A DNA stretch of 64,000 nucleotides, from the NCBI RefSeq assembly GCF_964355755.1, contig NC_092670.1, forward strand, positions 11,518,795 through 11,582,794, read 5' to 3'. This DNA comes from Antedon mediterranea (Eukaryota > Animalia > Echinodermata). The position numbers and the translations under genes are program-made. The notes beneath the pieces were generated by a model. The model searched no databases. It was given only the letters and a program-made list of their open reading frames with translations, and was not told where the DNA came from. Below, one piece after another: positions 48,331 to 61,490 of the stretch (its first letter is position 1; every line of letters begins with the position of its first letter).

Positions 48331-51300
48331 ATGGCTGAAGACTACGATGGAAATCTTAGTACTTATAAAGCTCAATTACAACAGGTATGTTGGTCTGGTA
48401 GAATATAAACATTTGTAACGTTTTATGATATTATTTTTAACAATATAGAGTAAATTACAAGAATAAAGACATTCTGAAAATGTCTACAAATGTCTTTTGT
48501 GCTAGGCATATCGATAGGCCTGCCCACTAAACTTACGTGTGGTCTGCACTAGCTGGTCCGGGCCTAGCTGGGCTAGGTAGACCTGCGTGGTGGGCCAATT
48601 GATACAGTACAGACTAGGCCTAGCTTATTTAGAAAATGGTCGAGTACAATGCGATGAAACTAGGACAATACTAGGCCTATATTCTTTTTAAAATGTATAT
48701 TTTTAAATTTCTTTATTTTTTAGATCTATAAAAAATTATTAAAATGTGTAATTTATTAAATATATATAAAGCCTATAGGCCTGGCCCTACTTGCTAGGCC
48801 CTATATACCCTATATACTGTAGGCCTAGTTAGGGCTAATTCGAAAACAAAATAATTACCAGTTTGTTTTTGTTAATTAAAGGTTGAGGCTGCATTGACTA
48901 GTGATCCAGATAATGAAGAACTACTTAAACTAAAACAAGATCTTCAGGTATGTTGGCTAGCTAGCCTATTATAAAATTTAATGATTAATATTTAATTTGC
49001 ATTGTATTTTTCTTTTTCTTATTAACAAATTTACAAAATAGAGATGTATCTCATATAATATATAACTAAGTAAAGCTACTAATTTATTAAGTAATAAATG
49101 TTAATAATTTCAGCTCTATGGGGAGCTTTACTTCTTATGACACACCACTCGACTGCATACAGTACAGACAGATACATAGTCGAGTGAAAATTAAAGCCCC
49201 CAAAGGGATCATGTCAACATTAATTGACTGCAGTTACTGCAGTAACCACATTATTTACTGTACAGTAGTAAAACTTTTAGTTTGTTTTAACATGTTGTAT
49301 TTTTTCTCCAAAAAAACTTAATTTCTCCATTGTTAAATACAGTCCTATTGCATAAACAGGTTAAAGAGTAAACAAATTATAGTCACTGCAGTAACTGCAG
49401 TAGAATAATTTTGACATGATTCCTAATGTAAGTTGGAACAATTTAATAACTACACCATATGCTTATTCTTTTGGAGGTGAAATAAACAAAGAAACAAGCT
49501 ATAAATGAATTGTTATTTCTACAGGAAGTAATAGACCTGACATGTGATTTGATCACTGCTACCCCAGAGAGTGTACAACAAGCAGAAACCTCAGTAATAC
49601 CTCTGCAAAAATGGAATGTAGGAGACAGGTGTTTGGCCATGTATGATGAAGATGGATTGTAAGTGTCATATTTTTCATCAAGCCCACAACATATGTAGAT
49701 TGACACGTTATAATATTCAGAACTGGTCGCACAACATTTATCACACACCACCCCTCTCCCCGATATAATCTGAATGGTTTTTGTCTCGCCATAATAATCA
49801 TATTTTGATAAACCTTAAGCTCTGTCCACTCACTACAAAACTTTATGTTACAAAAAAATGTGATGTGCCTACATATGGAAACAATGATGTTTCATCGTGA
49901 TGACATATTTGGGCACATCACACTCTTTTTGTCACACTAGAAATCTCAACCCATACCTGGATATATTATTATTGGTGAACTTATTTATACATTTTATACC
50001 TACCTTTAACCCACACCCCATACCTGGATGCATCCAGAACGATTCGGCCCTGAGACGATTCGGCCCGAGACTTTTGGTGGCTCACTTTTTGGTCTGAAAT
50101 GTTTTTTTTTATTATTATTTTACTCAATTCATCTCTTTCAGTATTTCACATCTGGACTAAATGTAAACTGCCTGCTACCTCATTTTAATTAATTGAAGGC
50201 CTCTCTATTATGCCCATATGACCAGTAAAAATGTAATTTTACTGGTCCTCTTGTCTAGTTAAAAAACATTAAGGGAGAATTAACTCTCTCTTTGTCAACA
50301 AAACAATAACTTGATAATAAATATGGTGATGAAGATACTGTAGCTATTTTAGCATGACATCTAGTAGCAAACATCTTAATTAAACAATAATTTGATCTAT
50401 AGATCTCCATAATGATTGCTATGTTAATTGCCATTTAGGTTGTACCCTTCAAATATTGACGAAATTCATGAAAATGGTACAGTAACAGTCACCTTTGATG
50501 GTTATGGAAATTCAGAAATTGTAAAGGTAAGTTATTTGTGTCTTTAGCAATGTTGTTATCATTATAATAATAACATTTATTCAACATCAACAGACAGTTT
50601 ACATTGTCTATGGTCAAGACACACAGAAGCCAAAGTGGCTTGTCTTTGTAGTCCCTAAGCATAAAACATAGACGGACGCATTACAATAAATGAAAATTTT
50701 GATAATATACAAAGTGAGATCAAGCATAATAAAAACATATCATAGAAATATAATGCAATCATGGAGGGAGTTAACAATTTTAGAAGTAATGCAAAATAGT
50801 AGTGTATCCCTCCAATTTGGACCACCGTCGGATTTTAGAGAACTCGCTCCTGATGTCTACGGCTTACTTTGGCAGCCAGCCGTCAGTCAGTCCTGGACAT
50901 CCCCGGCGTCCATCTAGACTGTACTGTGTGTGTACACTGATTAGATGAGGAGTGGACTGGTCCACAATTAGAGCGGTCATGCGTCTTAGGCGTTAAATCT
51001 AAAAAAATTATTGTAAGCATAATATGCATGCAATGTACATTTTATAAATCTGAAAAATATATTTTAACCATTTTAGAAACTTTCTCTTGTTCTGTTTCTT
51101 TTTGTTTGACAGTTTGCAGGGCAAAATCAATATGTTGATTTAAAGTTTGCAGTACACCACCACCAATTTCACCTATATTCCAAGTTTCCTGGACTTTATG
51201 CATTCTCACTCTTGAGGACGATCAAAGTATATTGATCGAAACGTCAAGAAACTCAACAGTTCTTTTTAAAACTAAATATATTTAGATTTTCTCAACTCTG

Positions 51301-52675
51301 AAGGTTTACTGACGTTTTACTCAATTTTCTTCTCAGATTAATAAACTACGAGAACTAGTTGAGTCAAAGGGAGAAAAAAGAACATCAGAAGAAGCTGGTC
51401 TAGAAACAGATGGAAAACCAAAATCTAAGTAAGTTGGTACATACCCAATAGCTAATTTAACAACCTGTTATGAATTCAGGTAGTGTGGCACTGTTTTGGC
51501 CATAAAAATAAGAAACTGTGCAGAGGCAAGATTTGAAAGCCAGCATGTACAGTTATGGTAATAGTGCTTGATATTTTATTTAATCAGTAAATTAGAATTT
51601 TATTGTTTACTTTTAGTTTAAGATGTTTGATGGGGTTTTAAAATTTATGTCTTGCCAATATATTATTATACTTCTTCTTCACCGAAGTGGTATATTTTGG
51701 TCTGCTGTGATTATAATTATTATATTATAAGACACATTTTAATTTAAATTGTAAATCTTTTTTTTACTTGCATTTATACATCTGTATTTTATATTTCTAA
51801 TGATATGTACATATCATTAGATATATATCAAGATTCGTACATTGTGAGCGATTATGTTTTCCAATTGAGATTGACTTTTATTGCACAAAAACTTAAATCC
51901 TGTCTTGAAGTTAAGCTGGGTGGTCAGATCAAATTTGAGCATTGTGAAAAATCTTTTGCTGGTGATCTATACCTGACAAGCTTGAATAATTTTTTCCATT
52001 ACAGAAAAGAGCTTTTAGAACAACAAAAGGAATACAAGAAAAGAAAACAACAGAAAAAAGCAGAAAGATTAAAACAGATGGAACAAGCTCATGAAAAAGC
52101 TAAAAACAACTGGTTAGATTTTAATAGCAAGGTTGGTTGTAGTCTTCTACCATTCAAACTTCATTCATAAATTGACATGTCAAATCCCCAGACGGATTAT
52201 TTTTTGAAAAAAATCAACAATAACCATTATACAAGGGTATTGGTAAACCCCTGCAAGTTACTATTAAAGATGCCAATATCTTTTAGTCGCGTGCAACACG
52301 ACTCAACAGCTCACTATGTCGGTCGGTCGGTAAACACTAACTCAAATTTGAGCATGCGACTGAAGCCATGTATGGCCTTGTTTAATAACAACTTCTATGG
52401 TTTGATATATATTTAAAAATGTTATAGCACCCTCTATGGTTTGGACTTTCATAAAACCTCACACTACAGTATTTCATTTTTCCAATGTTTAATACTAATT
52501 AAATTGTTTTATTTTATAGGCATTTAACAAAAACAAAAGAGGCTATGTGAAGAAAAGTATATTTGCGTCTCCCGATGAGTCCACTGGTAAAGTGGGTGTA
52601 GGTACATGTAACAAAGGAGGAAAACCAATGACTAAGTTCCAGAAACAAAAATACCAAGTTCCAGCAAAGAAATAA
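48331..52675 (+). CDS. SMNDC1: Survival of motor neuron-related splicing factor 30 (SPF30, Tudor domain), 7 exons, 238 aa
   Basis: Exons 48331-48384, 48882-48947, 49525-49658, 50439-50526, 51337-51428, 52005-52131 and 52520-52675. Motifs YKAQLQQVEAALTSDPDNEELLKLKQDLQEVIDLT, WNVGDRCLA..TFDGYGNSE and KKSIFASPD..GKVGVGTC. Confidence 0.96.
49818..49937. mobile_element. MITE family A partial copy
   Basis: Left TIR agctctgtccact and the core sequence. Confidence 0.65.
51208..51250 (+). ncRNA. Candidate minimal hammerhead ribozyme (Penelope-type)
   Basis: cTTGAGGA-c-GATCAA(agtata)TTGATC-GAAAC-GTC-aaga: perfect 6-bp stem II, GAAAC, palindromic ACGT; the core has U at position 3. Confidence 0.45.
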
Positions 52676-52889
52676 GTGTCAGGGATTGTTCGGGATTCAA
52701 AATACTGTATGAGGGCCAAGTGTACATCAAGTGTATGCCTTGGTAATACCCAGGTGGGTGGGTGGGTCTTTCTTGGGTGAAGTCTTAGGAAAGATATCCT
52801 AAGTCAAGGCATACATTTTTTCGCACTATGTTGTAAATCATAAATATGAAAAATAAAACCGAATGGTGGTTCAAGGCAGAATAGAGGGT

Positions 52890-53130
52890 GGGTGTTGGGG
52901 AAGGGGTGGAGTGTTGGGGAAGGGGTGGAGTGTTGGGGAAGGGGTGGAGTGTTGGGGAAGGGGTGGAGTGTTGGGGAAGGGGTGGAGTGTTGGGGAAGGG
53001 GTGGAGTGTTGGGGAAGTGGCGGAGTGTTGGGGAAGTGGCGGAGTGTTGGGGAAGTGGCGGAGTGTTGGGGAAGTGGCGGAGTGTTGGGGAAGTGGCGTG
53101 TGTTTGGGAAGTGGCGTGTGTTTGGGAAAG
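52890..53130. repeat. G-rich 19-bp minisatellite (ggggaaggggtggagtgtt / ggggaagtggcggagtgtt), about 12 copies
   Basis: Directly visible tandem array. Confidence 0.95.
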
Positions 53131-53403
53131 GGGAGGGAAGGTGGGGCGTGTTGGAGTAGGAGAGGCATCTTCAGCAAGCCCTTCTCATCCAATATCTATC
53201 TTTTTTTATGTAGGCAACTGTATATTGTGCTAAGAATTCACTCAACAGAGTACATGTTAATTCCATTAAAATGTAGTGCGGTGCTAACCTGTCCTACCTT
53301 TTAATCCCAAATTGATTCTATTCTGTCTTTAGAAGTATGTGGGACACACCCTGTATGTGGGACACACCATGTATTTAGGAAAGTTCTTCTTGGAGAGTGT
53401 CAG

Positions 53404-53730
53404 TACAGTAAAACCCCTCTTAAGGGTACACTTTTGGGACCCACCCTTATTTGCCATTTTTCTATAGTGTTAATACATATATTTCCTTTTATTTGATTCG
53501 TGGGAGAGTGTCTATGGCCGTAGCCAGCATGAGGCTCGCCTCGTCTGAAATTTTCAATTTTCACCACCCACCCCAATTCCCCTGCACAGATCGTAATATT
53601 TTATATAAATACTATAATTATTTAAAGCATCTTTGCCTCGTCTGTTTTTAACCTCTCGCTACGGCCTTGGTGTCCCATTATTGGAGGTGTCCCATTATTG
53701 GAGATGTCCCAAACAAGAGGTTCTACTGTA
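53404..53730. mobile_element. TA-flanked CAGT..ACTG MITE (Tc1/mariner-like) with a probable nested GGCCGTAGC..GCTACGGCC insert
   Basis: tacagtaaaacccctctt ... aagaggttctactgta; internal inverted pair at ~53516 and ~53658-53666. A related element lies at ~43208-43331. Confidence 0.6.
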
Positions 53731-53982
53731 CCTGTTACATGGTTTAATTACTGTACTGTACAGTAACTAAAGCTATTTTAAAAGTGTATGTTCATGCAGT
53801 ATGTATTTATATAGGAAAATAAAACATTCATGATTTATTGGAATAAATAAAGATATTGTAATGTTTCCATAATAAAATTATGTGTATTTTTTTGTTCTAG
53901 AACCTTAATAACTTCATAAAAAAAATCCTTTAAAAAGAGATGGACCATTAAGAAAACACATTCTATATTGCAAGATATATAT

Positions 53983-54930
53983 ACGCCATATAGTAGAGTT
54001 GCCACAAGTCTCATTACGTCTTATACAGTAGTAGACTTGCCACAAGTCTTATTACGTCTTATACAGTAGTAGACTTGCCACAAGTATCATTACGTCATAG
54101 TAGACTTGCCACAAGTCTTATTACGTCATATAGTAGACTTGCCACAAGTCTTATTACGTCATATAGTAGACTTGCCACCAGTCTCATTACGCCATATAGT
54201 AGACTTGCCACAAGTCTCATTACGTCATATAGTAGACTTGCCACCAGTCTCATTACGCCATATAGTAGACTTGCCACAAGTCTCATTACGTCATATAGTA
54301 GACTTGCCACCAGTCTAATTACGCCATATAGTAGACTTGCCACAAGTCCTATTACGTCATATAAATAGACTTGCCACCAGTCTCATTACGTCATATAGTA
54401 GACTTGCCACAAGTCTCATTACGCCATTACGTCATATAGTAGACTTGCCACAAGTCTCATTACGCCATATAGTAGACTTGCCACTAGTCCTATTACGTCA
54501 TATAATAGACTTGCCACAAGTCTTATTACGTCATATAGTAGACTTGCCACAAGTCTTATTACGTCATATAGTAGACTTGCCACAAGTCTTATTACGTCAT
54601 ATAGTAGACTTGCCACAAGTCTCATTACGCCATATAGTAGACTTGCCACAAGTCTTATTACGTCATATAGTAGACTTGCCACAAGTCTTATTACGTCATA
54701 TAGTAGACTTGCCACAAGCTCATTACGCCATATAGTAAATTTGCCACAAGTCCTATTACGTCATATAATAGACTTGACACAAGTCTCGTTACGTCATATA
54801 GTAGACTTGCCACAAGTCTCATTACGCCATAGTAGAATTACCACAAGTCTCATTACGTCATATAGTAGATCAGACTTGGCACAAGTCTCATTACGTCATA
54901 TAGTAGACTTGCCATAAGTCTCATTACGCC
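53983..54930. repeat. 33-bp minisatellite (atatagtAGACTTgccacAAGTCTcattacgtc), about 28 copies
   Basis: Directly visible; each unit has an internal AGACTT/AAGTCT hairpin. Confidence 0.95.
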
Positions 54931-55178
54931 ACAGCGGATACAAATTATCCTTCTATAAAAATGATTATTGCTCATGCGTGATTTCTTGATTCATGAATAA
55001 TTCATGAGGCAATACAACCGTCAATGTGTAACCATTCACACACATCGCATGTATGTTGATTTGACAAAGAAAATTGTTCGCTGAATAATAATATATCGGA
55101 CCACGGCAATAAATAACAGTTCATTTTTTGTTTCTAATGTAAGTATTTAGTAGAGTAACATATGTAATAAAAACTAGC

Positions 55179-56510
55179 TCCAGCTCGATATTTGTGCCAA
55201 AATAGATTTTATTGGCTAACTTTGTTATTCTTGAGTTGCTGAATTCAAAAAAAGTTAGGTGCCATTTTTTTCGACCACTCCTTCAGCCGCCATTTTGTAT
55301 TTCAAAATGGCCGACATTCTACATTGAACTTTGTCATCCATGGTATCATCGGAAAGGGAATGTAATACTGATTATAGTTTGATTAATTATTCTATGTGAC
55401 TTTTTATAATAACAACGTATAGTTAGGATTTATATTGCGATAATCACAAACTATTACGTCAAAATCAAAGGGATCTTTTAGACGTTTAAAACACCGTAAT
55501 TCGTTTCTTTACAATATCGATTGGCAGTTTGTAAAGGTAGTAAAGGCAGTAGTAGGACACTGACTTTTCTTTATTTCGTGTAAACTTTATTTAAGGAAAA
55601 CTAATTGATCTTTTTTTTTTCTTAATTCTTAAGATTTTTCACTGTATAATAATATCAAATGCAAACATTCTGTTTGCTGCACTTAATCTGACGTTCAAAG
55701 AGAAAGAGAAAGGCATGCCAATTAACGTTGGCATTGTGCACAGATGGCTTTAAATTGTTTGGTACCCGCTTTGACAAAAATACAGAATACAGAATACAGA
55801 TACCATTCCCCGTAGCATTTTTTTTTCTTTTTACGAAAAACAGAAATGTAAACTACTAAATAAAAATAAAATAGATTCAGAAATTAAAAAGCTATCCAAC
55901 GAAAAATAAATCAAAGATGTGATTTGACAACAGTTTATTTCACCTTTGTTCACGGACGGACTATAGTTATTTTGATTAAATTAAATAACTCGGAAAATTG
56001 ACATTGAAGTTAAGTGTAATCCAGTACCGTAGCCTACGACAATGACAAAGTAAAAAAAAAATCAAACAAACATTTGAATGAATTGTAAAACCAATAAGAA
56101 AACCCGTATTTATCTTAATACGAAGGAGACTACTTTTTTCATTGTTAAAATGAGTATAGCAAAGCATTTAATGAATAGGCAAACTGCCTTAAAATGTGAC
56201 ATGTTTTGAGAAACTATTCTCGTCATCAGAAGAACAGAAAACAACGCCTATACTTATATACCAATAGGACAGGTTGTATGTAAATAAGAAAGTAATTAGC
56301 ATGATAAAACAACAAGGAACATTACATTTCCTTTCCAATGATACCATGGATGACCAACTTGAGTGTGGAACGTCGGCCAGTTTGAAATACAAAATGGCGG
56401 CTGAAGGAGTGGTCGAAAAAAAATGGCACCTAACTTTTTTGGATTCAGCATCTCAAGAATAACAAAAAGTTAGCTAAAAAAATCTATTTTGGCACAAATA
56501 TCGAGCTGGA
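55179..56510. mobile_element. 1.33-kb non-autonomous DNA transposon with ~190-bp imperfect TIRs
   Basis: tccagctcgatatttgtgccaaaatagatt...(to ~55366) mirrors ~56321-56510; TSD not resolved. Confidence 0.8.
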
Positions 56511-57025
56511 AGACATAATAAGCCATACTAATTTGAAAATGTTACTAAAATAAATACATTTTAATTTTGACATAGGCCTAGCCTACCACTAACCATGGAG
56601 GTATAGAAATATTTTTATTTTTATACCTCCAAGCACTAACTATAGTAGAGCTGAAAATGAAATATTAGTAGGCCTACAGGTTTATCCTTGCCGTGTGCTG
56701 TAGCGGTGTGCATTGCTATAATTGTATTGTATTGCTTGTCATGAATCTCCTAAATCTATATAGATTTAAACAAAAGAAGTATTATAGGTAAAGTAAAGCG
56801 TGGCTAGTGGTTACGTCATTCATTACAGAAAATGACTGGGCCTAGCTAACCATTGGTTATTTTTGGAACATAATATAATAAAGGCAGTGTCCGACAGCAC
56901 CTTATATCTTTGATGTAAGCCTGTTGCAAGTCCTGTTTCGTTTGTTTGACTTAAATATAATAGAAAAATAAAACAAACAAAGCTTGTATAATAGTATTCA
57001 AAACATATTTATTTTATATTCCAGT

Positions 57026-60000
57026 ATGACGACAGTTTTACGTCTTTTTTCAATAACGCTTGGAACTTCGTTCATATTTTCAATATATTTATGGTAAGCA
57101 AAAACTGTTCTCTTTTCATTGTATCAGCGCTACAGTGTATTAAATGGACGCAACGCAATGACGTAATGAAATTTTATTTATTTTATTTATTTTTATTTTA
57201 TTCAAACTCATTCAACAGCGGGAAACCCGCCCCTTACAGAATGGAATAAACTATACCATATAAAAATATATATAAATCTTAAAATCTAGCAATACAAATT
57301 TATACAATTTTACTAATTTTATTACAAAAACAATTATAACGGTAAAAAAAGAGATCAATAGAATTATCTTTAACAACACAATTATTGTGAGAAATTGTTC
57401 TCACTTAAGCTCTGTCTACACTATCAAACTAGATAAAAAAAAGTGCGACATGCCCAAATATGGTAGTCTTATGCTTAAATATGGAAATGATATGACAGCA
57501 TCCTGCCATACATCACATTGTTTTTTTGTCACACAAAGTTTGATAGTGTAGACAGAGCTTTAGAGATGCAAGCGCAAGGCAAGTGACTTGACCAATGACA
57601 AGCGACAGTTCGGATGATCCACCGCGTATGATTGGTCAAATCATTTGCATTGCGCTTGCACGTCGTCCTCGCGTTGCGTCAAAAAAATTGAACTTTAACA
57701 TAATTTGAATTTTTTTATATATCTAGTTGGACAGTTCACGCTTACATTGCTGCTGTGCAGCAGAACATTGGACTATGTTCCCTAAATGTCCTACGTCAAG
57801 AACCAAGCAACTTAGGCCTACAACTGGTGAACAATACCAAATTGGAAAGTGTAACTGTTCGAACGTACGGAAAACTAGAATATATTGGGTTGATGTCTAC
57901 CACCAATGAAAGCAATCGAAATGTGTCATCTATATTCATGAAAGCGTGGAAACAAAATGTATCGAAATTAGAAGAGATGAGGTACGTGACGGAAAAAAGA
58001 TTTATAAGCGTTTATAAGAATTGAAAATCATTCAAATTCATATCTTATAACATTATGAACAATCCCTGTATGTATAGCGCCACTTGTTAGAAATTGAGTT
58101 TATTTCACGATTCCATTGTCGAAAATTTAGTGGCGTTATTATCAATTTTTTGCAAGCGAAAAAACAGATTTGGGTACTGTTGTTGTTAAAAAAAAAACTC
58201 TATAAAAGAATTCCGTCAATACCATTACAGATATAGGGCCTAAATAGTAAAATAATTGTATCAAACTTTTTTTTTTTTTTTTAGATCTGATTTAAAAAAA
58301 GTTGTACATACAGAAATGATTCTGAACCAGAGAAATGTTAAGAAAACTCAAAAATTTAAGTACATGATAAATAAAGGAAGCATCTCTACAAATGTAAAGT
58401 TCTACAAATTAATGCGACAAGTATGTTTCTACTTTACTTTTCTTTCTACTTTTATTGTTGACTTTGAACAAGAGTCGTCTAGGGCAAAATTTTAAACTGA
58501 TTCCATCCCCATAATTCCGCCACTATTTAGCTGGAATTATTCCATAGTACTTCATCATGATTTTAGAGAGTAGAACAATGTCTCCCGGCCCAACACATTT
58601 TCAAAAGTTCGACTCGGATGGTGATGTGCTATTATGTATTTCTATAGTTGGCCTATATTAGTTTTAAATTGAAGATCATTATGTGTGGTGCTATTATGGG
58701 TGATTCACCAAAGGCGTGTTCCCATTGAGCATCTGGTCCATTCCTCACGACTGGAATTTAGATAGATTGTATGATGGCATTGATGTGTATATAATATCAG
58801 CATATGCATATTTGATGTAGTATTCTCCCGAAAAAAGTGTATACAAAAGATGTTCCATTGTGGGTAATGGAGGAATATTGAACGGCAGTAAGTGTGGAAA
58901 CGAGATCGATAAAGCTGACTTTGTTATAAGGTAAGGATGATTGCATTTAATTAAATGCATTTAATCTGTATTACCCTCAGACTACTAAATAGTTGAAATT
59001 ATAATTAAGTCAGATTTTGAATGAAATAATGTAGCCTATACGTATAATTTTGTCTCGTTTTATGATGCATTAGGCCTATTCATGATTTATGTTACCGTTC
59101 ACTGGTACCGTTTTTCAATTGAAAAACACTAGACAGGATCTCCCCCTACTCTCTTTGTCTTCAGATGCAATGCACCACCAATTGGTCGGTTTAAAGAAGA
59201 CGCAGGCGTCAAAAGCAATATAACCACAATGAACCCTTCAATTGTTGTAAAAAGGTGGGTTAGTATTGTGTTTTTTACCTATATTGAAAACCTCATGGGA
59301 AACAGATATGTTCGTCCCTGTTTAGTCGTCGTACTTTTCTTTCGTTTTCGTTTATATACGACCAATTACAATACAATAACAATACCATATGGAAATGAAC
59401 ATGCTTGTGCTTTAGGATGAATAAATATATAAACAAAATTTAAACTTGGTTTTTAATATGCCATTTTAATGTCACATAATAGTTATGCCTTAGATTAAAC
59501 ATTGGATCAAAAAAAAAAATTACTTAACCATAAAAGTGAAATCATTATTTTTTTTTCTTATGGAGGTGACTAAATTAAAACTGAAAAATGTCTGAGTTTA
59601 ACTATAATTGCTCGTTCAGTATGTTAGAACAGAAGGAGGAAAACGATCCTGGTATTCTCTTCCTCCTCTGATCGCACATACGTTTTGTTTGTAATTTTTC
59701 TAGGTTTGGTAGTGCACAAACTAAAAATCAGCAATCCAAGTTTATAAATAAAATGAAGGAATACAGAAATTACGTTTGGTTTCCAAGTTTTTCAAGTAGA
59801 GTGTCCTACATGTTGGCCGTTAAATTAAATAATTTACTAAACAGTAAATTGAAATCCATAAAATTTGTACACGGAAATCCAAGTCATTTCAAAGATATAA
59901 GAAAATATTGGACGGAAAAGGGCATGCGGAATGTGCCATCAACAGGTCAGTATAATCAAGGCAATCTAATAATAGAATGCTGAGCTCCGGAGATCAAAGG

Positions 60001-61362
60001 GTTTATCTGTGGCTGCGACAGGATCAGTTCCACGCCCCTGCTGGTATTTGTCGCAGCCAGACATAAGACAAAATGACTGTTATGAGTTCCTATCTTGACA
60101 ACGCGAGCTCAGTGTCCTGTTGTTTGATTGCCTTAGTATAATTTATGCCTAATAGTCGGAAAAATAAAACTAAAAACAACCTATGCCGAAATTATAGTTT
60201 ACGGTTGTTATGTTCACTTTATACATAGTCTTCTAACTGATTCTGATTCCATTTATTTGTTTTAAAATAATACATGTTTTCTTCACTGAATCTCTGTTGA
60301 TGAAAATGAAAATACAATCACCATTTCGTTGAACATCGATTATCATAAATCGGTTGTTTAAAATTAATTTACAGTGAATACAAAAGCAAAATTAATCAAT
60401 TGGAAAGCGAATGCATTAATATTGCAAATTAACATCAGTGAATACAAAGTGTCATCTCAGGCATGTTAAAGTCGTCGCTTTGTAATAATATTTCGTCGTC
60501 CTTTGTCTTTGCACCACCTGTCACAACGTTTGAATAATAGTATTATCAGTGTTTCAAAATGCGATAGGCAACATTAATACGTGCGATAGGCAGCGTTACA
60601 AAGTGCGTAGTCACCATTCAAAATGCGTTAGGCAGCCTTACAAAGTGCGATAGTTAGCGTTACAAGGTGCGATAAGCAGCGTTACAAAGTGCGATAGTCA
60701 GCGTTACAAAGTGCAATATTAATTAATAAATGCGTAGTCACCATTCAAAGTGCGATAGGCATCGTTACACGTGCGATAGGCAGCGTTACAAAGTGCGTAG
60801 TCACCATACATTCAAAGTGCGTTAGGCATCGTTACAAAGTGCGATAGTTAGCGTTACAAAGTGCGATAGTCAGCGTTACAAGGTGCGATAGGCAGCGTTA
60901 CAAAGTGTGATAGGCAGCGTTACAAAGTGTGATAGGCAGCGTTACAAAGTGCGCGATAGGCCGATAGGCAGCATTAAAGTGCGATAGTCAGCATTAAGTT
61001 AAATTAATAGTTGCCTAACTGGAACCGTGCCGGAGCAAGGTTTGAAAGACGATTAACTGTTATTTCAGTCACACCTGTCTTAAATCAGTAGGCTTTATTT
61101 GTAATTAGAAATAATTACGTTGAATTGTTTCATTTTTGTTGTAGGTTTTTACATAACAACGGCTTCCCTTTTATTTTGTGACGAGGTTCACCTGTATGGA
61201 TTTTGGCCGTTCTCAACTGACATACACAATCGTCCGGCAGCCTATCATTACTTTGAAGATGTAAATTTAACTAGAGTATATCATGCGTTTAACCAGGAGT
61301 TTGATGAATTGCTCAATTTGCACATGGACGGTGTTCTGCAACTTCACGTCGATGATTGCTAA
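57026..61362 (+). CDS. Alpha-2,8-sialyltransferase (GT29, ST8Sia family), 7 coding exons, 372 aa
   Basis: Exons 57026-57093, 57727-57981, 58285-58420, 58821-58930, 59165-59254, 59704-59945 and 61145-61362. N-terminal hydrophobic anchor. Sialylmotif L ([30 protein letters not shown]), S ([26 protein letters not shown]), III (HYFE) and VS (HAFNQEF); C-terminal Cys typical of ST8Sia. Confidence 0.93.
57408..57559. mobile_element. MITE family A copy with TTA TSD, nested in a family B-like element
   Basis: tta-AGCTCTGTCTACACTATCAAACT ... AGTTTGATAGTGTAGACAGAGCT-tta. Confidence 0.88.
60560..60998. repeat. ~22-bp minisatellite (gcgataggcagcgttacaaagt) in the last sialyltransferase intron
   Basis: Directly visible degenerate tandem array. 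Confidence 0.9.
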
Positions 61363-61490
61363 GCTCTGTCTACACTATCAAACTAGTTTGACAAGTTTAC
61401 TAAATATGGTAGCGATATGACGTCATCCTGTCCATATATGGGCACGTCACATTTTGTTTTCACATAAAGTTTGATAGTGTAGACAGAGCT
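61362..61490. mobile_element. MITE family A copy overlapping the sialyltransferase stop codon
   Basis: Full TIRs; flanks cta/tta. Confidence 0.88.

Noticed and set aside
52785-53304. Pro-rich and Gly/Trp-rich ORFs
   Set aside because: Translations of the 19-bp minisatellite.
53983-54930. CRISPR-like array of palindromic ~33-bp repeats and the repeat ORFs over it
   Set aside because: No unique spacers, no cas genes, eukaryotic context; the ORFs are by-products of a 33-bp period.
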